Below are positions 48,127 to 58,535 of a stretch of 64,000 bases of DNA, piece after piece. The stretch comes from a virus (Duplodnaviria > Caudoviricetes). Position numbers and translations under genes: made by a program. The DNA is taken from positions 64,001-128,000 of IMG/VR virus record IMGVR_UViG_3300032030_002802; one strand, given 5' to 3'. The notes below the pieces were generated by a model, which saw only the letters and a list, made by a program, of their open reading frames with translations, had not been told where the DNA came from and did not search any database. Positions within the stretch are counted from its first letter, which is position 1; each line of letters starts with the position of its first letter.

Positions 48127-48473
48127 GCGAAGAAGCACAGAAGGCCGGAGAGGCCCAGAAGGTGGTGAAGCTGCTCGCCGAGCGCGAGATCAAGGACAGC
48201 ATGGCGGACGCCCGTTTCTACGAGCAGATGCCTGAGTTCCTGCCACTCAGGAAGAAGATGCAGGCCGCGCACAACGACCTCATCACGCCGAAGGGCTGCA
48301 CGCAGTGCGCGAAGAACCGCGCGTACCGCACACACAGCGGCGACTACCTGGCGATAGTGGCCAGCCTCAAGGGCGACGCGGTCGAGCGCATGCGGAAGTA
48401 CTTCGGGGCGGACGAGCTCCGGGCGACCACGCTGGACCCCGTGACGCGCCAGCCCAAGACGATCAAGCTCTGA
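48123..48473 (+). CDS. Hypothetical protein
   Basis: MSEEAQK..., CTQC; ATGA overlap. Confidence 0.7.
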   Translation: MSEEAQKAGEAQKVVKLLAEREIKDSMADARFYEQMPEFLPLRKKMQAAHNDLITPKGCTQCAKNRAYRTHSGDYLAIVASLKGDAVERMRKYFGADELRATTLDPVTRQPKTIKL

Positions 48474-48523
48474 CGCGGGCCGCGCGGCCGGCGCCGGGTG
48501 CAACAGGAGACAAGGAGACGAAC

Positions 48524-49504
48524 ATGGACGATAACACGCGCATGCCGATGCTGGAGCCGTACGCCGTCAAGCTGGCGGTGACGGCCCTGTCGGAGACCGA
48601 GGACTACAACCACAGGCTGCTCAACATCCCGGAGATGTGGAAGAGGAGCAGGGGGGCCGGCGTCAGGGTCGCCGTGCTCGACACGGGCTGCCCCAGGCAC
48701 ATCGACCTCAAGGTCGCCGGCTGCAGGGACTTCTCCGGGTCGGACTCGCCGTACGACGCCGCGGGGCACTCGACGCACGTCTGCGGCATCATCGGGGCAC
48801 TCGTGAACGGGGTCGGCGTCAGGGGGATCGCCCCGGAGTGCGAACTGCACTGCGGGAAGGTCCTCGGCGACGACGGGTCCGGCACGCTGGCCGACATCGC
48901 CGCGGGCATCCGCTGGGCAGTAGACGAGGTGCACGCCGACGTCATCAACATGAGCCTCGGCTGCTCGCCGGCCGGCGCGGCCAGCAAGACCCTGCGCAGC
49001 GCCTGCGAGTACGCCCACGACAAGGGCGTGGTGCTGTGCTGCGCGGCCGGGAACGACGCGGGCAGGGTCAACGCCCCGGCCTGCCTCCCGACCACGATAG
49101 CCGTCGCGGCGGTCGACCGCAACAAGGAGAAGGCGTACTTCACCTGCCACGGCTCGGAGGTCGACTTCGCGGCCGGGGGCGTGGACGTGTTCTCCACCTG
49201 GCTCGACAACCAGTACGCCAAGCTGTCCGGGACCTCGATGGCCACGCCGGTCATCACCGGGGCCGCCGCGCTGGTCATCGGCGCGGCGCGGGCGAACGGC
49301 GAGAAGCTGACGCCGGAGGGCGTGTACGACCGCCTCATGGGCATCTCGATCGACGTCGAGGCGCCCGGCAAGGACGAGTTCACGGGCAACGGGATCCCCG
49401 TCTTCACCTCGTCCGCGCCGGTCGACCCGGAGCCCGCGGGAGACGACTGGTTCACGCAGCTCCTGCGCTGGGTCGCGGAGCTGTTCGCCAAGTTCAGGAA
49501 GTAG
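48524..49504 (+). CDS. Subtilisin-like S8 serine protease
   Basis: Triad VAVLDTG / GHSTHVCG / SGTSMATP; oxyanion AAGND. Confidence 0.95.
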   Translation: MDDNTRMPMLEPYAVKLAVTALSETEDYNHRLLNIPEMWKRSRGAGVRVAVLDTGCPRHIDLKVAGCRDFSGSDSPYDAAGHSTHVCGIIGALVNGVGVRGIAPECELHCGKVLGDDGSGTLADIAAGIRWAVDEVHADVINMSLGCSPAGAASKTLRSACEYAHDKGVVLCCAAGNDAGRVNAPACLPTTIAVAAVDRNKEKAYFTCHGSEVDFAAGGVDVFSTWLDNQYAKLSGTSMATPVITGAAALVIGAARANGEKLTPEGVYDRLMGISIDVEAPGKDEFTGNGIPVFTSSAPVDPEPAGDDWFTQLLRWVAELFAKFRK

Positions 49505-49519
49505 GCCCGGAGGCAGGCT

Positions 49520-50464
49520 ATGGCGGCAGTTGAAAACGTCGAGTGGCTCAACCAGAACCTGCTTAGGGCCTACCCGCTCAGGGAGGACGCGGACACGGTC
49601 CCGTCCCTCCCGAGCGGCGTCAGGGCCGAGGGCCTGCGCGTACCGACGTGCCTGGTGACGGACTTCTCGTTCACGCTCCCCTTCGACGACGTGGACGGGA
49701 CGGTCCCGTCGCTGACAGGCATATCGCACGCCGGCGGCGGGTTCACGCTGGAGATATCGCTCGGGGACGCCGTGCTCGCCACCGTGTCCGCCAAGACGGC
49801 GGACCACTACATGAACCGGGCGTACGGCCTGCGCGGCACCGGCGACAACGCCGACTGCGGCGGGTGGATCGTCCTCGGCGACCTGGAGCGCGCGGCTGAG
49901 GAGCTGCCAGAGGGCGTCTACCGGTTCGAGCCGGACCAGGTGCCGTTCGAGGTGTCGACCCTCCGCATGGCCCCGCGCGGCGTCCGGAGCATAACCGCCG
50001 TCGGCAAGTACGGGCTGCGCACCTACGAGCCCCTGTACGGCAACGTCAGGATCATCGCCGGCACGGACATGCGGGTGCGCAACGACGGGCCCGAGAACGC
50101 GATCTGGCTCCAGGCCGAGTCCAAGACGGGCTACGAGCGCACGGAGCCGTGCCCGTGCGGCGGGGCCGCGGCCCGCCGCGTCGGCAGCATAAACGGGATG
50201 AACGTCGACAACGTGGACATCGTCGGCGACGGCGTGTGCGTGTCCGTGAACCAGGCCGGGACGACCCTGCAGATACGGGACGAGTGCTCGAAGCCGTGCT
50301 GCGGGTGCGCCGAGCTCAACTTCGTGGAGGCGGCCCTCGCGACGGTCAACAAGTCCGTGTCCACGCTGCAGGAATACGCCGAGGCCCTGAGCGAGCGGAT
50401 CGCGGAGCTCCGGGGCAACGTGCAGGCGACAACGGCAACCGTAAACGCGTACCCGACGCCATGA
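49520..50464 (+). CDS. Virion protein, paralogue 1 of N..R.YP array
   Basis: EWLNQNLLRAYPL; SING; CSKPCCGC then coiled coil. Confidence 0.75.
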   Translation: MAAVENVEWLNQNLLRAYPLREDADTVPSLPSGVRAEGLRVPTCLVTDFSFTLPFDDVDGTVPSLTGISHAGGGFTLEISLGDAVLATVSAKTADHYMNRAYGLRGTGDNADCGGWIVLGDLERAAEELPEGVYRFEPDQVPFEVSTLRMAPRGVRSITAVGKYGLRTYEPLYGNVRIIAGTDMRVRNDGPENAIWLQAESKTGYERTEPCPCGGAAARRVGSINGMNVDNVDIVGDGVCVSVNQAGTTLQIRDECSKPCCGCAELNFVEAALATVNKSVSTLQEYAEALSERIAELRGNVQATTATVNAYPTP

Positions 50465-51852
50465 ACGAGTTCCTTACAGAGAACGCGAGGCGGGCCTACC
50501 CGCTCGAGCGCGCGATCCAGGACGGCGCCAGGCCGCTCTGGGCGCAGCTGCTCCTCGACGCGTGCGTGGCGACCGACGCGGAGCTCCCGAACGGGGAAAG
50601 GCTGTCGCTCCTGGCAGTCGCGCGCGCAACAGGGCGGCTGCTCCTCATGGTGGGGTCGCCCAGCACTGGCGAGATCGCCGTGCCCGTGCCGCGCGGACAG
50701 CCGGACTTCGCCGTCGTGTACGCCGCGCAGGCGACGTCCAAGGCCAGGCTGAAGGCGTTCCTGACCGTGGACGGCAGGGTCGCCGACAGGATAATGGACG
50801 CGACCGGATACGGCACGGCGAGAACCGCCGTGGGCGTCCCGTTCGCCCTGCGCTGCACGAGCAGCGGGCACAGGCGGGTGACGTCGGTGTCCGCCTACTC
50901 CGCCGGGCAGTGCGAGACGCCCGTCTTCGCCGGACACGCGTCCGAGACGCCGGTGAGGACCGTGTCGGGCGACGTCGTGGTGACAGCCGGAGAGGGCGTC
51001 GACGCGGAGGCCGTCGGGATGCTGCCGCTGGAGGGAAGGCTGCTGCGCCTGTCGGCTATCGCGGCGCCGGAGGAGACGTCTGCGGACGACACGGTCGTGG
51101 ACCTGATGGTGCGGGGCGACGAGTGCATCTCGGTCGAGGCCATGCCGGGGACGAAGGTAGAGGGGGACGCGGTAGTGCCGCGCACCGCGGACGACCCGGA
51201 CGGGCGCGGCGTGACGGGCGGGGGCGTGCTGCGGATCACGAACTCGTGCAAGGCCTGCTGCCAGTGCGGGGACTACAAGGCGGCGCTTGACGCGGTCCGC
51301 GACCCGGAGGAGCTCGCGATAGTGGTCAAGCAGATGCTGGACGAGGCCAAGGCCGCGTACGACGCGGCGGTCGTGGAGCTTGAGGGGCTCAAGGCGGCGG
51401 CGACGGACAGGGTGAACGACCTCGGCAACGTGCGCTGCGGCGCCGTTGCGGCCACGAGCCAGGCCATGTACGCCGACAGCGGGGCCAGCGGCACGCGCGC
51501 CCGCGTCGCGATAACGCTGAGCGTGGAGAACATGACCCAGCTCGACGTCACGGTCGAACTGCCTGCCGACGCGTTCAACCTGAACGACGCCGGCGCGGCC
51601 CCGGCGAACCGCTTCTCGCACGTCAGGACGGCGTGGACGCGCGTGAGCGGCGGCGAGACCGGCTCCGGCACGTGGACGCCCGGCGGGCAGCCGCTGACGG
51701 CCGTGCTGAAGCCGGGCGGGACGCTGCTCGTGTCCGCGACGTACGCCAGGACCGCGACCGCCAACGCGGCGGCGAAGCCCGCCGGGATGACCGTATCCGT
51801 GAGGCTCTCGTCGGCGTCCGGCACCAAGAACAGGACGGTGAGCGTGACATGA
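50461..51852 (+). CDS. Virion protein, paralogue 2
   Basis: EFLTENARRAYPL; CKACCQC then coiled coil. Confidence 0.75.
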   Translation: MNEFLTENARRAYPLERAIQDGARPLWAQLLLDACVATDAELPNGERLSLLAVARATGRLLLMVGSPSTGEIAVPVPRGQPDFAVVYAAQATSKARLKAFLTVDGRVADRIMDATGYGTARTAVGVPFALRCTSSGHRRVTSVSAYSAGQCETPVFAGHASETPVRTVSGDVVVTAGEGVDAEAVGMLPLEGRLLRLSAIAAPEETSADDTVVDLMVRGDECISVEAMPGTKVEGDAVVPRTADDPDGRGVTGGGVLRITNSCKACCQCGDYKAALDAVRDPEELAIVVKQMLDEAKAAYDAAVVELEGLKAAATDRVNDLGNVRCGAVAATSQAMYADSGASGTRARVAITLSVENMTQLDVTVELPADAFNLNDAGAAPANRFSHVRTAWTRVSGGETGSGTWTPGGQPLTAVLKPGGTLLVSATYARTATANAAAKPAGMTVSVRLSSASGTKNRTVSVT

Positions 51853-52538
51853 CATCCCCGACCAACACGACCGCCCCCGAGTGGCAGAACGAAAACTCCC
51901 TGAGGGCCTACCCGCTCGCGGACGACGCGCCGGCCACGGCCGTCATACCCGGATGGCTCCTGTCCGACCTGCGCGTGACGTGCTCGGACGAGTACGACCT
52001 CGTGTACGTGAGCAGCGTCTACGTGTCCCATGCGCTGCTGTCCGTCGCCGTGAGCGGGCGCAGGGGCGGCCAGACCGTCGGCCTCCTGGCGCGGACCGTC
52101 ACGCGGGACGAGCTCGAGCCGGACCGCGCGTACTCGATGGACCGCATCTCGGACACCGCGTCCGGGGCCGTCTCGTTCGGCGAACCGCCGTCCGACGCCA
52201 TGATGGTGAAGCTCGCGTTCGCGCCGGAGGAGGCGCCGCTCGCGGAGTCGGCCGTGACGCGCGTCAGGACGCCCGGGGTGAGGAAGGTCGTCGACCCGTT
52301 CCACGGCACGGAGGCGGCCGGGATAATCGACCTGTCTGGCAACAGCGAGTTCAGGACGTCGGTCGACCCGGACGACCCGCAGACGGTCGTGGTGACGCTG
52401 TCCGACCTCTACCGCGACCTCACCACGTCCGTGTGCGACGCGGTGCCCGGCTTCGACACGTGCGGGCGGACGCCGGTCAGGTCGATCAACGGCGTCACGC
52501 CGACGGACGACGGAACGATAACCATAGACTTCAGGTGA
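51849..52538 (+). CDS. Virion protein, paralogue 3
   Basis: EWQNENSLRAYPL; VRSINGVTP. Confidence 0.75.
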   Translation: MTSPTNTTAPEWQNENSLRAYPLADDAPATAVIPGWLLSDLRVTCSDEYDLVYVSSVYVSHALLSVAVSGRRGGQTVGLLARTVTRDELEPDRAYSMDRISDTASGAVSFGEPPSDAMMVKLAFAPEEAPLAESAVTRVRTPGVRKVVDPFHGTEAAGIIDLSGNSEFRTSVDPDDPQTVVVTLSDLYRDLTTSVCDAVPGFDTCGRTPVRSINGVTPTDDGTITIDFR

Positions 52539-52543
52539 CGGCA

Positions 52544-53914
52544 ATGCTGTTCAACGACCCAAGATCGACCGAGCGCGACAACCAGAACGCGCTGAGGAAA
52601 TACCCGTTCTCCGACGCGGCCTCCTGCACGGGGAGGCCTGGCGTGATACCGCCAGGCGCCATCGTCGACGCCCAGCTGTACGTCCCCGGCCGCGAACCGG
52701 GGCGCGCGTGGATGTCGGCCGTGGACACGGACGGGAGGCTGCACTTCTCGGACGGGGCCGGCGAGTTCGCGGTGCTGTCCGCGCGGGCCGAGCCGGACTC
52801 GGCCGTGCCCGTGACGTTCACCGGCGACGGGGGTCCCTGCCCCGGCGGCGTGGTGGTGTTCGGCGGCGAGGCGGCCGTGTCGGCCCTCCTCGCGCTGGGC
52901 GGCCAGGAGTTCACGGCGGACCAGGCGGAGCTCGCCCCCGCCGCCGTCTCGTGGCCCGGGCTCCCCGGCGTACTCGGATTCAGGCTGGACGACGGGCACG
53001 TGGTGTACGGCGACGTGAAGATCCGCGGCGAGAACGGCTGCGTCGTCTCCACCTACGTCGAGGGGACCGGCGCGGCCGCGAAGTCCGTGCTGCGCATCTC
53101 GGCCATGGGCCGGCCCGTCGGGTCCTCCGGCACGACCGGCTTCGTGACGAAGGTCGTGTTCACGAGCGACAACACCAGCTTCGTGGTGGCGCCGGACGAG
53201 CTGTCGCCGTGGGCCGTCGACGTGCTCGCGACGGGCGTGTCGACGCTGACCGGCATGACCCCGGCCCTCGACGTCCCGGTCAACGCCGACCAGGACGACC
53301 TGTGCGACGGCGTCAGGGCCAGGCTCGGGTCCGTCCCGTCGCGGCGCGCGACGCCCGGCGCGGCGTGCGGGGAGAAGGCCTGCGACACGTCGCTGCCGAA
53401 GACCTACTACGTAACGCTGTTCGACACGGAGGGGATCCAGGTGACGTGGGAGGCGGCCGAGGACGGCAACCGCATATCCGCCATGGACGGAGTCGAGCTC
53501 AAGCCCCTGCGGCCCGCGCAGATACCAGCCGTGCCGGCCGACAAGCGGTTCGCGGGCTACTACGACGAGGACGGCGCCATGTACTACCGGTACGACGGCA
53601 CGCCGGTCCGCAGGTTCACGGCCGGACGGAACGTGTCGCTGCGCGCGAAGGCGATAGCGCTGGCGTCCAGGGCCACGGTCACCTTCGAGGGGTACGGGAC
53701 GCTCCACATCGCGGCCCCGAGCACCCCCACCTACTCCAACCCGCTCCGCATATCCGGGCTCGAGAGCCCGGTGCCGGTCGTGCAGGAGCGGCAGGACCAG
53801 GCCATCGAGGCCGGCGGGGCCGACGCGCTCGCCGACATCCTTCTGCACCCGGCCGTCCCGGCGGGCGAGGTGCGCATCGGTCTCCGGGGAGCTGACAAGG
53901 CGTCGATGCTATGA
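52544..53914 (+). CDS. Virion protein, paralogue 4 (with B-repeat-like insert)
   Basis: RDNQNALRKYPF; P..P....FAGYY segment. Confidence 0.75.
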   Translation: MLFNDPRSTERDNQNALRKYPFSDAASCTGRPGVIPPGAIVDAQLYVPGREPGRAWMSAVDTDGRLHFSDGAGEFAVLSARAEPDSAVPVTFTGDGGPCPGGVVVFGGEAAVSALLALGGQEFTADQAELAPAAVSWPGLPGVLGFRLDDGHVVYGDVKIRGENGCVVSTYVEGTGAAAKSVLRISAMGRPVGSSGTTGFVTKVVFTSDNTSFVVAPDELSPWAVDVLATGVSTLTGMTPALDVPVNADQDDLCDGVRARLGSVPSRRATPGAACGEKACDTSLPKTYYVTLFDTEGIQVTWEAAEDGNRISAMDGVELKPLRPAQIPAVPADKRFAGYYDEDGAMYYRYDGTPVRRFTAGRNVSLRAKAIALASRATVTFEGYGTLHIAAPSTPTYSNPLRISGLESPVPVVQERQDQAIEAGGADALADILLHPAVPAGEVRIGLRGADKASML

Positions 53915-55323
53915 TAAGGACGATCGCAGACCAGTACCTCGCGCAGAACGCGGGGCGCAGATACCCGTTCAAGGACGACACGGATCTCCCGGACTGGCTT
54001 CCGGACTCGGGGGTGCTCGACTTCAGGTGCACTCTGTACGGGGTGGGGGCCGGCACGGCGCCGGAGGCCCGCCTCGTCAACGTGGCGCACGTGGGCGGCG
54101 GGAACGTGCGGTTCACGGTGGACCTGTCGGCCGGCGGCGTGGTGGTCGACACGATCCGGTTCCTCGTGCCGTCCGGCATGGCGGGGGCTCCGTACACCGC
54201 GTACGCGTCGGGCGACAGGTCGACAGGGGCCCTGGCCGTCACCGACGCGGCCATACCGCCAAACACTGGGGTTCTGCCCTACGACGCGGAGGTTGAGTAC
54301 CTGGAGTCCACGGAGACGCAGTACATTGACACGGGGGTTATTGCATTGGCTGATGACTCTTATGACTTAGATTTTTGGTTGAATAGCCTAAATGGTTCTC
54401 ATGTATTTTTCGGTGCAGCAAACGATGGCGCAAGACGTGCAACAGTGTGGGTGACACTTGGAGGTGCTATCAGATTTGGTGGCGGTGGTGTGGTTTCATT
54501 TGGTAAAAGCGTATGGAAAGTTGGAGATTGGAACTCGCTTCATTCATCCTACTCGACCACCATCCTAAACGGAGTTTCTGCGGTAAACTCATTTCCATAT
54601 CCGTTCGAGGACACATCTTCAACGCAAAATATATTACTGTTCAAAGCGAACGGGATGCCACAATCAACAATAAGGAAAAGGATTAGTAATCTACGTTGGT
54701 ATCGAAGCGGCGTCCTCGTCCGCGACCTCATCCCCGTGCGCTTCACGAACGAACGCGGCCAATCCGAGGGCGCGACGTACGACCGCGTCACGAAGCAGCT
54801 GTTCCGCAACGCCGGCACGGGCGCGTTCCTCTACGGGGGCGACGTCGCCCCAGCACCCGCTGCCGGCGAATACCCCGTCGACATCCCCTTCGCCGCCACG
54901 ACGGTCGTCTGCGACTCCCTGAAGGTCATGAGCCTGCAGTCCGCCCACGACGCGGCAGACGCGCGGGACGTGAGCGACCCAGACGGCCGAGACCCGGTCG
55001 CCATGCTGACGGGCGAGATCGTGCTCGCCGAGGGCCGCAACGCGGAACCGTACCTCGACGGCAGCCGGCTCAGGCTCGACATCCGGAAGGGCGCGGGGCT
55101 CGGGGAGAACTGCCAGGCGATGGCCTCCTCCCAGACCTGCGACAACGTCCTCTTCGCGATAAACGGCGAGCGCCCGGGCTCGGACGGGAACATCAGGATA
55201 GCCGGCGAGAACGGCGTATCCGTCACCGCGCGCCCCGGAGAGCACGCGATAACCATCAAACTGGACGACGTGGCCCGCGACAGGCTCGCGAAGGAGTGCG
55301 CGTCCGCATGCAACGGAGGCTGA
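53911..55323 (+). CDS. Virion protein, paralogue 5, with inserted lectin-like module
   Basis: YLAQNAGRRYPF; PYDAEVEYLEST..QYIDTG...LVRDLIPV module; AINGERP. Confidence 0.75.
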   Translation: MIRTIADQYLAQNAGRRYPFKDDTDLPDWLPDSGVLDFRCTLYGVGAGTAPEARLVNVAHVGGGNVRFTVDLSAGGVVVDTIRFLVPSGMAGAPYTAYASGDRSTGALAVTDAAIPPNTGVLPYDAEVEYLESTETQYIDTGVIALADDSYDLDFWLNSLNGSHVFFGAANDGARRATVWVTLGGAIRFGGGGVVSFGKSVWKVGDWNSLHSSYSTTILNGVSAVNSFPYPFEDTSSTQNILLFKANGMPQSTIRKRISNLRWYRSGVLVRDLIPVRFTNERGQSEGATYDRVTKQLFRNAGTGAFLYGGDVAPAPAAGEYPVDIPFAATTVVCDSLKVMSLQSAHDAADARDVSDPDGRDPVAMLTGEIVLAEGRNAEPYLDGSRLRLDIRKGAGLGENCQAMASSQTCDNVLFAINGERPGSDGNIRIAGENGVSVTARPGEHAITIKLDDVARDRLAKECASACNGG

Positions 55324-55324
55324 C

Positions 55325-58300
55325 ATGGCCGTGAGCGACAACCTGTTTTCATTCGCCGACTGGGCCGGGAGCGAGTCGGGCGGACTGACGAGCGACGCCG
55401 GCGGCGCGACGCTGGCGGTGGGCGGCGAGACCGGCACGGTGACGATAACGTCCGGATCCACGCAGCACGTCTACACCAGGTTCGGCGCGGCCGAGGGGTA
55501 CTACAACATGCCGGTCGACCCGAACGCGGCCTACCGCCTGGCGCTCACGATGGCCGGCACGTCCGCGCAGTCCCAGGTCTACTACGTCCCGCTCGGCGCG
55601 AACATGGAGCCGCTCAACTCCGGCAGGTGGCCGTACGTGGCGGCGACGCCCGCGCGCGGAGCCGGAGACGTGGTGGCCGACTTCACCACCCCCGACGACT
55701 GCCGGTACGTGCAGCTGTTCTTCGACGTCCACGACGCCAACAGGCGGATGGCGTTCAGCGGCATACGCCTGTACAGGATGCACGTCGCCGAAAGGGCAGA
55801 GGGGGCGGAGACGTACGGGAACCTCCCCGCACCGGAGCGCGCCGGATGCCTGTTCGGCGGATGGTACACGGCCGCGGACGGAGGCGGCATCCGCATAACC
55901 CGGTACTCCAGGGCGACGGCGGATCCGCTCGCCCTGTACGCGCACTGGGTGGAACCTGCCATGCAGTTCGGGCAGGCCGGCTGCTCCCCGATCGACGTGG
56001 GGCCGTTCGAGCCGATATGCACGCGCCCGGAGATAGGCGGGTCGAGCCCGCTGACACTGAACATACCCGTCCCGACGTACGCGCCGGTCGTCCCGCCGCA
56101 GGAGTGCGTGTGCTTCGAGTTCGAGAAGGGCACGTCCAACGGCACGGTGGGGGTGACCACCTGCGGCGTAGACGCGCAGAACGCGGTGTCTACGCTCACG
56201 GTGGAGATAACGCCGTCGGGCGACGACTGCTGCGGCGGGAAGTACCAGATCACGCCGCACCTGGACCTGACGATCCCATGCGTGCCGTTCGACCTGCCGA
56301 CGTACGAGGAGGGGGCCACGCTCGTAAACGTGACGAACCGCAGCAAAGACGAGTCCAAGGGCGTAGACGGGGGCGTGACTAACCTGGGGCTCATGAAGCA
56401 CTGCTGCGACGTGCGCCCAACTATCGACATCACCTTCCCAGACTGCGTGAAGTACTACGACCCCAAGGCCCTCCCCAAGACGCAGATCACGTACTGGGAC
56501 CTCAACGAGAAGCGCGACGCGCTCGTCAAGAAGACGTGGACGCTCATCGAGATGATTGCGGACGACGTGCACTGCAGCCTGTACCCCAAGGTGAACCCCC
56601 TGGAGCTCCCGGACTGCATCCTGCCCGACTTCAAGGAATCCAAGACGCAGAGCCTGGGGCATAAAGGGTCGATCACGGTGACCCTGGAACGCACGAACTG
56701 CGTCACGACACTGGACCTGTCGGTGACGCCGATCGAGGTCGACATCCCCCCGCCGGCACCGCCGTGCCTGGCGCCCAATACGGTCTCCGGGTCGAATACG
56801 ACAACAAGCACGGACAGCCCGGTGGCCGTGTACGTGCGGCACGAAAACAAGGACGGGACCCTGGACGCCGAAACGGCGCTGCAGGACGTGAGCAGCCAGA
56901 TAAAGCTGGACGTCGAAACCGAGACGGCAACCGGATGCCCGAAGTACAAACCGAGCATCGAGCTGCACCTCGGCGGCGTGTTCGGCGGCGGCGGAGTCGG
57001 ATACGGCGGGGTGGTGCTGCAGGACTACGGCGGGGGCGGCGCATCTGGCAAGGGACGCAGGAACCTCTTCATCGACGGCACGCTGGACGAGGCCAACTAC
57101 AAGACCTGGTACGGCGGTGGGCTCGGCAACACCACGAGCGACGCCAACCCGCCAAAGGTCTACCGGCGCGGCCCGCTGATGCGCGTCAACCAGGAAGGCG
57201 AGACCGGCAACCCGATGGCCGACCTCGCGGTCCCGTTCACGGAACTGTACGACACGCGCACGAACGCGCATGTGCCGTACAGGCTGACGACCGCGGACGG
57301 AACGCAATACGGGAATACATGGTACAGCAGCAGGTCCGGGACGGACGCGCACGGCAACCCGGTGCAGTCCAAGACCCCGCCCAGCGAAGACGGGGCGGGC
57401 GTAGGCGTATACGGCAACCTGGACATGGTGCTGCCGTCCGGGTTCCAGTGGCACAAGCGCGGCGTCGCGGCGACGCTGAGCGACTTCATATGGTCGCAGA
57501 GCGGGGTGCTCAGCACCGTCCACGAGACGCCGGCGTCGGTGCTGCTCTCGCCGGCGCACTCGGTGTGGGGGGACGAGACGGCCGTCACGATCGGCAGCAA
57601 GACATGGGACCTGGGGGGCCTGAACGCCAGCGGGCTCGCGCTCGACCTAGGGTCGGCCGCGACGGGCGTGTTAAGCGGGCTGCGGGTCGACTGGGGGGAC
57701 GGGCTGCGGATATTCGGCCGCGACTACCGCACGTCGGAGACCGAGGCGGAGACCGAGTTAAAGGCCGCGACCGGGGACCGCCAGCCCGACAGGTTCGGCA
57801 GGCTCGAGCTGTACGTGCACGACGGCGACTTCGCCTTCCAGCGGGGGCAGAACGACGGCAGGCTCGTGCTCAACGACACGCGGCCGGGCGAAGACGAAAC
57901 CGAGGCACCGGGGTTCGTAAAGGTGCCAGACGACGACGGGTATACCGATCCCTGGGCGTCATATATGGCGCCATACCGCAGAGGAGGCGACTACACACTG
58001 CCCATCGTGACGGCGGCGCATGACACGGACGCGGAGGAGTATGCGCTGGCGTGGGAGATGTTCAACTACGGAACAGAGGACAAGCCGGCATGGAACGGCC
58101 GCCCAATAAGCACCAGGACGCTAGGAGACGATGTGAATGGACTCGCCGGCCGTGCCAAAACTGCACTGAGTAATGCCAGTACCAGCTACAACAAGATCAA
58201 TGCGCAGGATAACAACACCACGGAAAAGAAGCTCGCCGCCACAATCGCCGCACTGGGAAAGACAAACGCGGCCGTGAGGGCGATCACGGACATCTTCGAC

Positions 58301-58519
58301 GGTGGGGAGTTTACAGTAAGTGGCGAGGACGGTGGAACGACCACTGTTACGTTACGCGGGCTAATCGACATGCTGTATACGGTAGGTGCCATCCTCACAT
58401 CGCTCCGCATGATAAACCTGCACGTCGGCAGGGCCGGGATCATAACCGGCGTCGACGACGCTGAAACCGGCGCGAACATCGTCCGCCGCACGGACCCCGA
58501 GCCGGCATCCGGGTCGTGA
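55325..58519 (+). CDS. Large Cys-rich tail fibre/spike-like protein (CBM-like N-domain, InlB B-repeat)
   Basis: 1064 aa; YGNLPAPERAGCLFGGWYT...LYAHW. Confidence 0.7.
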   Translation: MAVSDNLFSFADWAGSESGGLTSDAGGATLAVGGETGTVTITSGSTQHVYTRFGAAEGYYNMPVDPNAAYRLALTMAGTSAQSQVYYVPLGANMEPLNSGRWPYVAATPARGAGDVVADFTTPDDCRYVQLFFDVHDANRRMAFSGIRLYRMHVAERAEGAETYGNLPAPERAGCLFGGWYTAADGGGIRITRYSRATADPLALYAHWVEPAMQFGQAGCSPIDVGPFEPICTRPEIGGSSPLTLNIPVPTYAPVVPPQECVCFEFEKGTSNGTVGVTTCGVDAQNAVSTLTVEITPSGDDCCGGKYQITPHLDLTIPCVPFDLPTYEEGATLVNVTNRSKDESKGVDGGVTNLGLMKHCCDVRPTIDITFPDCVKYYDPKALPKTQITYWDLNEKRDALVKKTWTLIEMIADDVHCSLYPKVNPLELPDCILPDFKESKTQSLGHKGSITVTLERTNCVTTLDLSVTPIEVDIPPPAPPCLAPNTVSGSNTTTSTDSPVAVYVRHENKDGTLDAETALQDVSSQIKLDVETETATGCPKYKPSIELHLGGVFGGGGVGYGGVVLQDYGGGGASGKGRRNLFIDGTLDEANYKTWYGGGLGNTTSDANPPKVYRRGPLMRVNQEGETGNPMADLAVPFTELYDTRTNAHVPYRLTTADGTQYGNTWYSSRSGTDAHGNPVQSKTPPSEDGAGVGVYGNLDMVLPSGFQWHKRGVAATLSDFIWSQSGVLSTVHETPASVLLSPAHSVWGDETAVTIGSKTWDLGGLNASGLALDLGSAATGVLSGLRVDWGDGLRIFGRDYRTSETEAETELKAATGDRQPDRFGRLELYVHDGDFAFQRGQNDGRLVLNDTRPGEDETEAPGFVKVPDDDGYTDPWASYMAPYRRGGDYTLPIVTAAHDTDAEEYALAWEMFNYGTEDKPAWNGRPISTRTLGDDVNGLAGRAKTALSNASTSYNKINAQDNNTTEKKLAATIAALGKTNAAVRAITDIFDGGEFTVSGEDGGTTTVTLRGLIDMLYTVGAILTSLRMINLHVGRAGIITGVDDAETGANIVRRTDPEPASGS

Positions 58520-58535
58520 CGCGGGCGAAAGGGCG

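Noticed and set aside
53911-58519. Diversity-generating retroelement acting on fibre genes
   Set aside because: No reverse transcriptase and no TR/VR pair differing at adenines was seen in the window.
52544-58519. Host assignment from InlB B-repeat and PYDAEVEY modules
   Set aside because: Suggestive of a gut/rumen diderm host (PVC-like), but not supportable without database searches.
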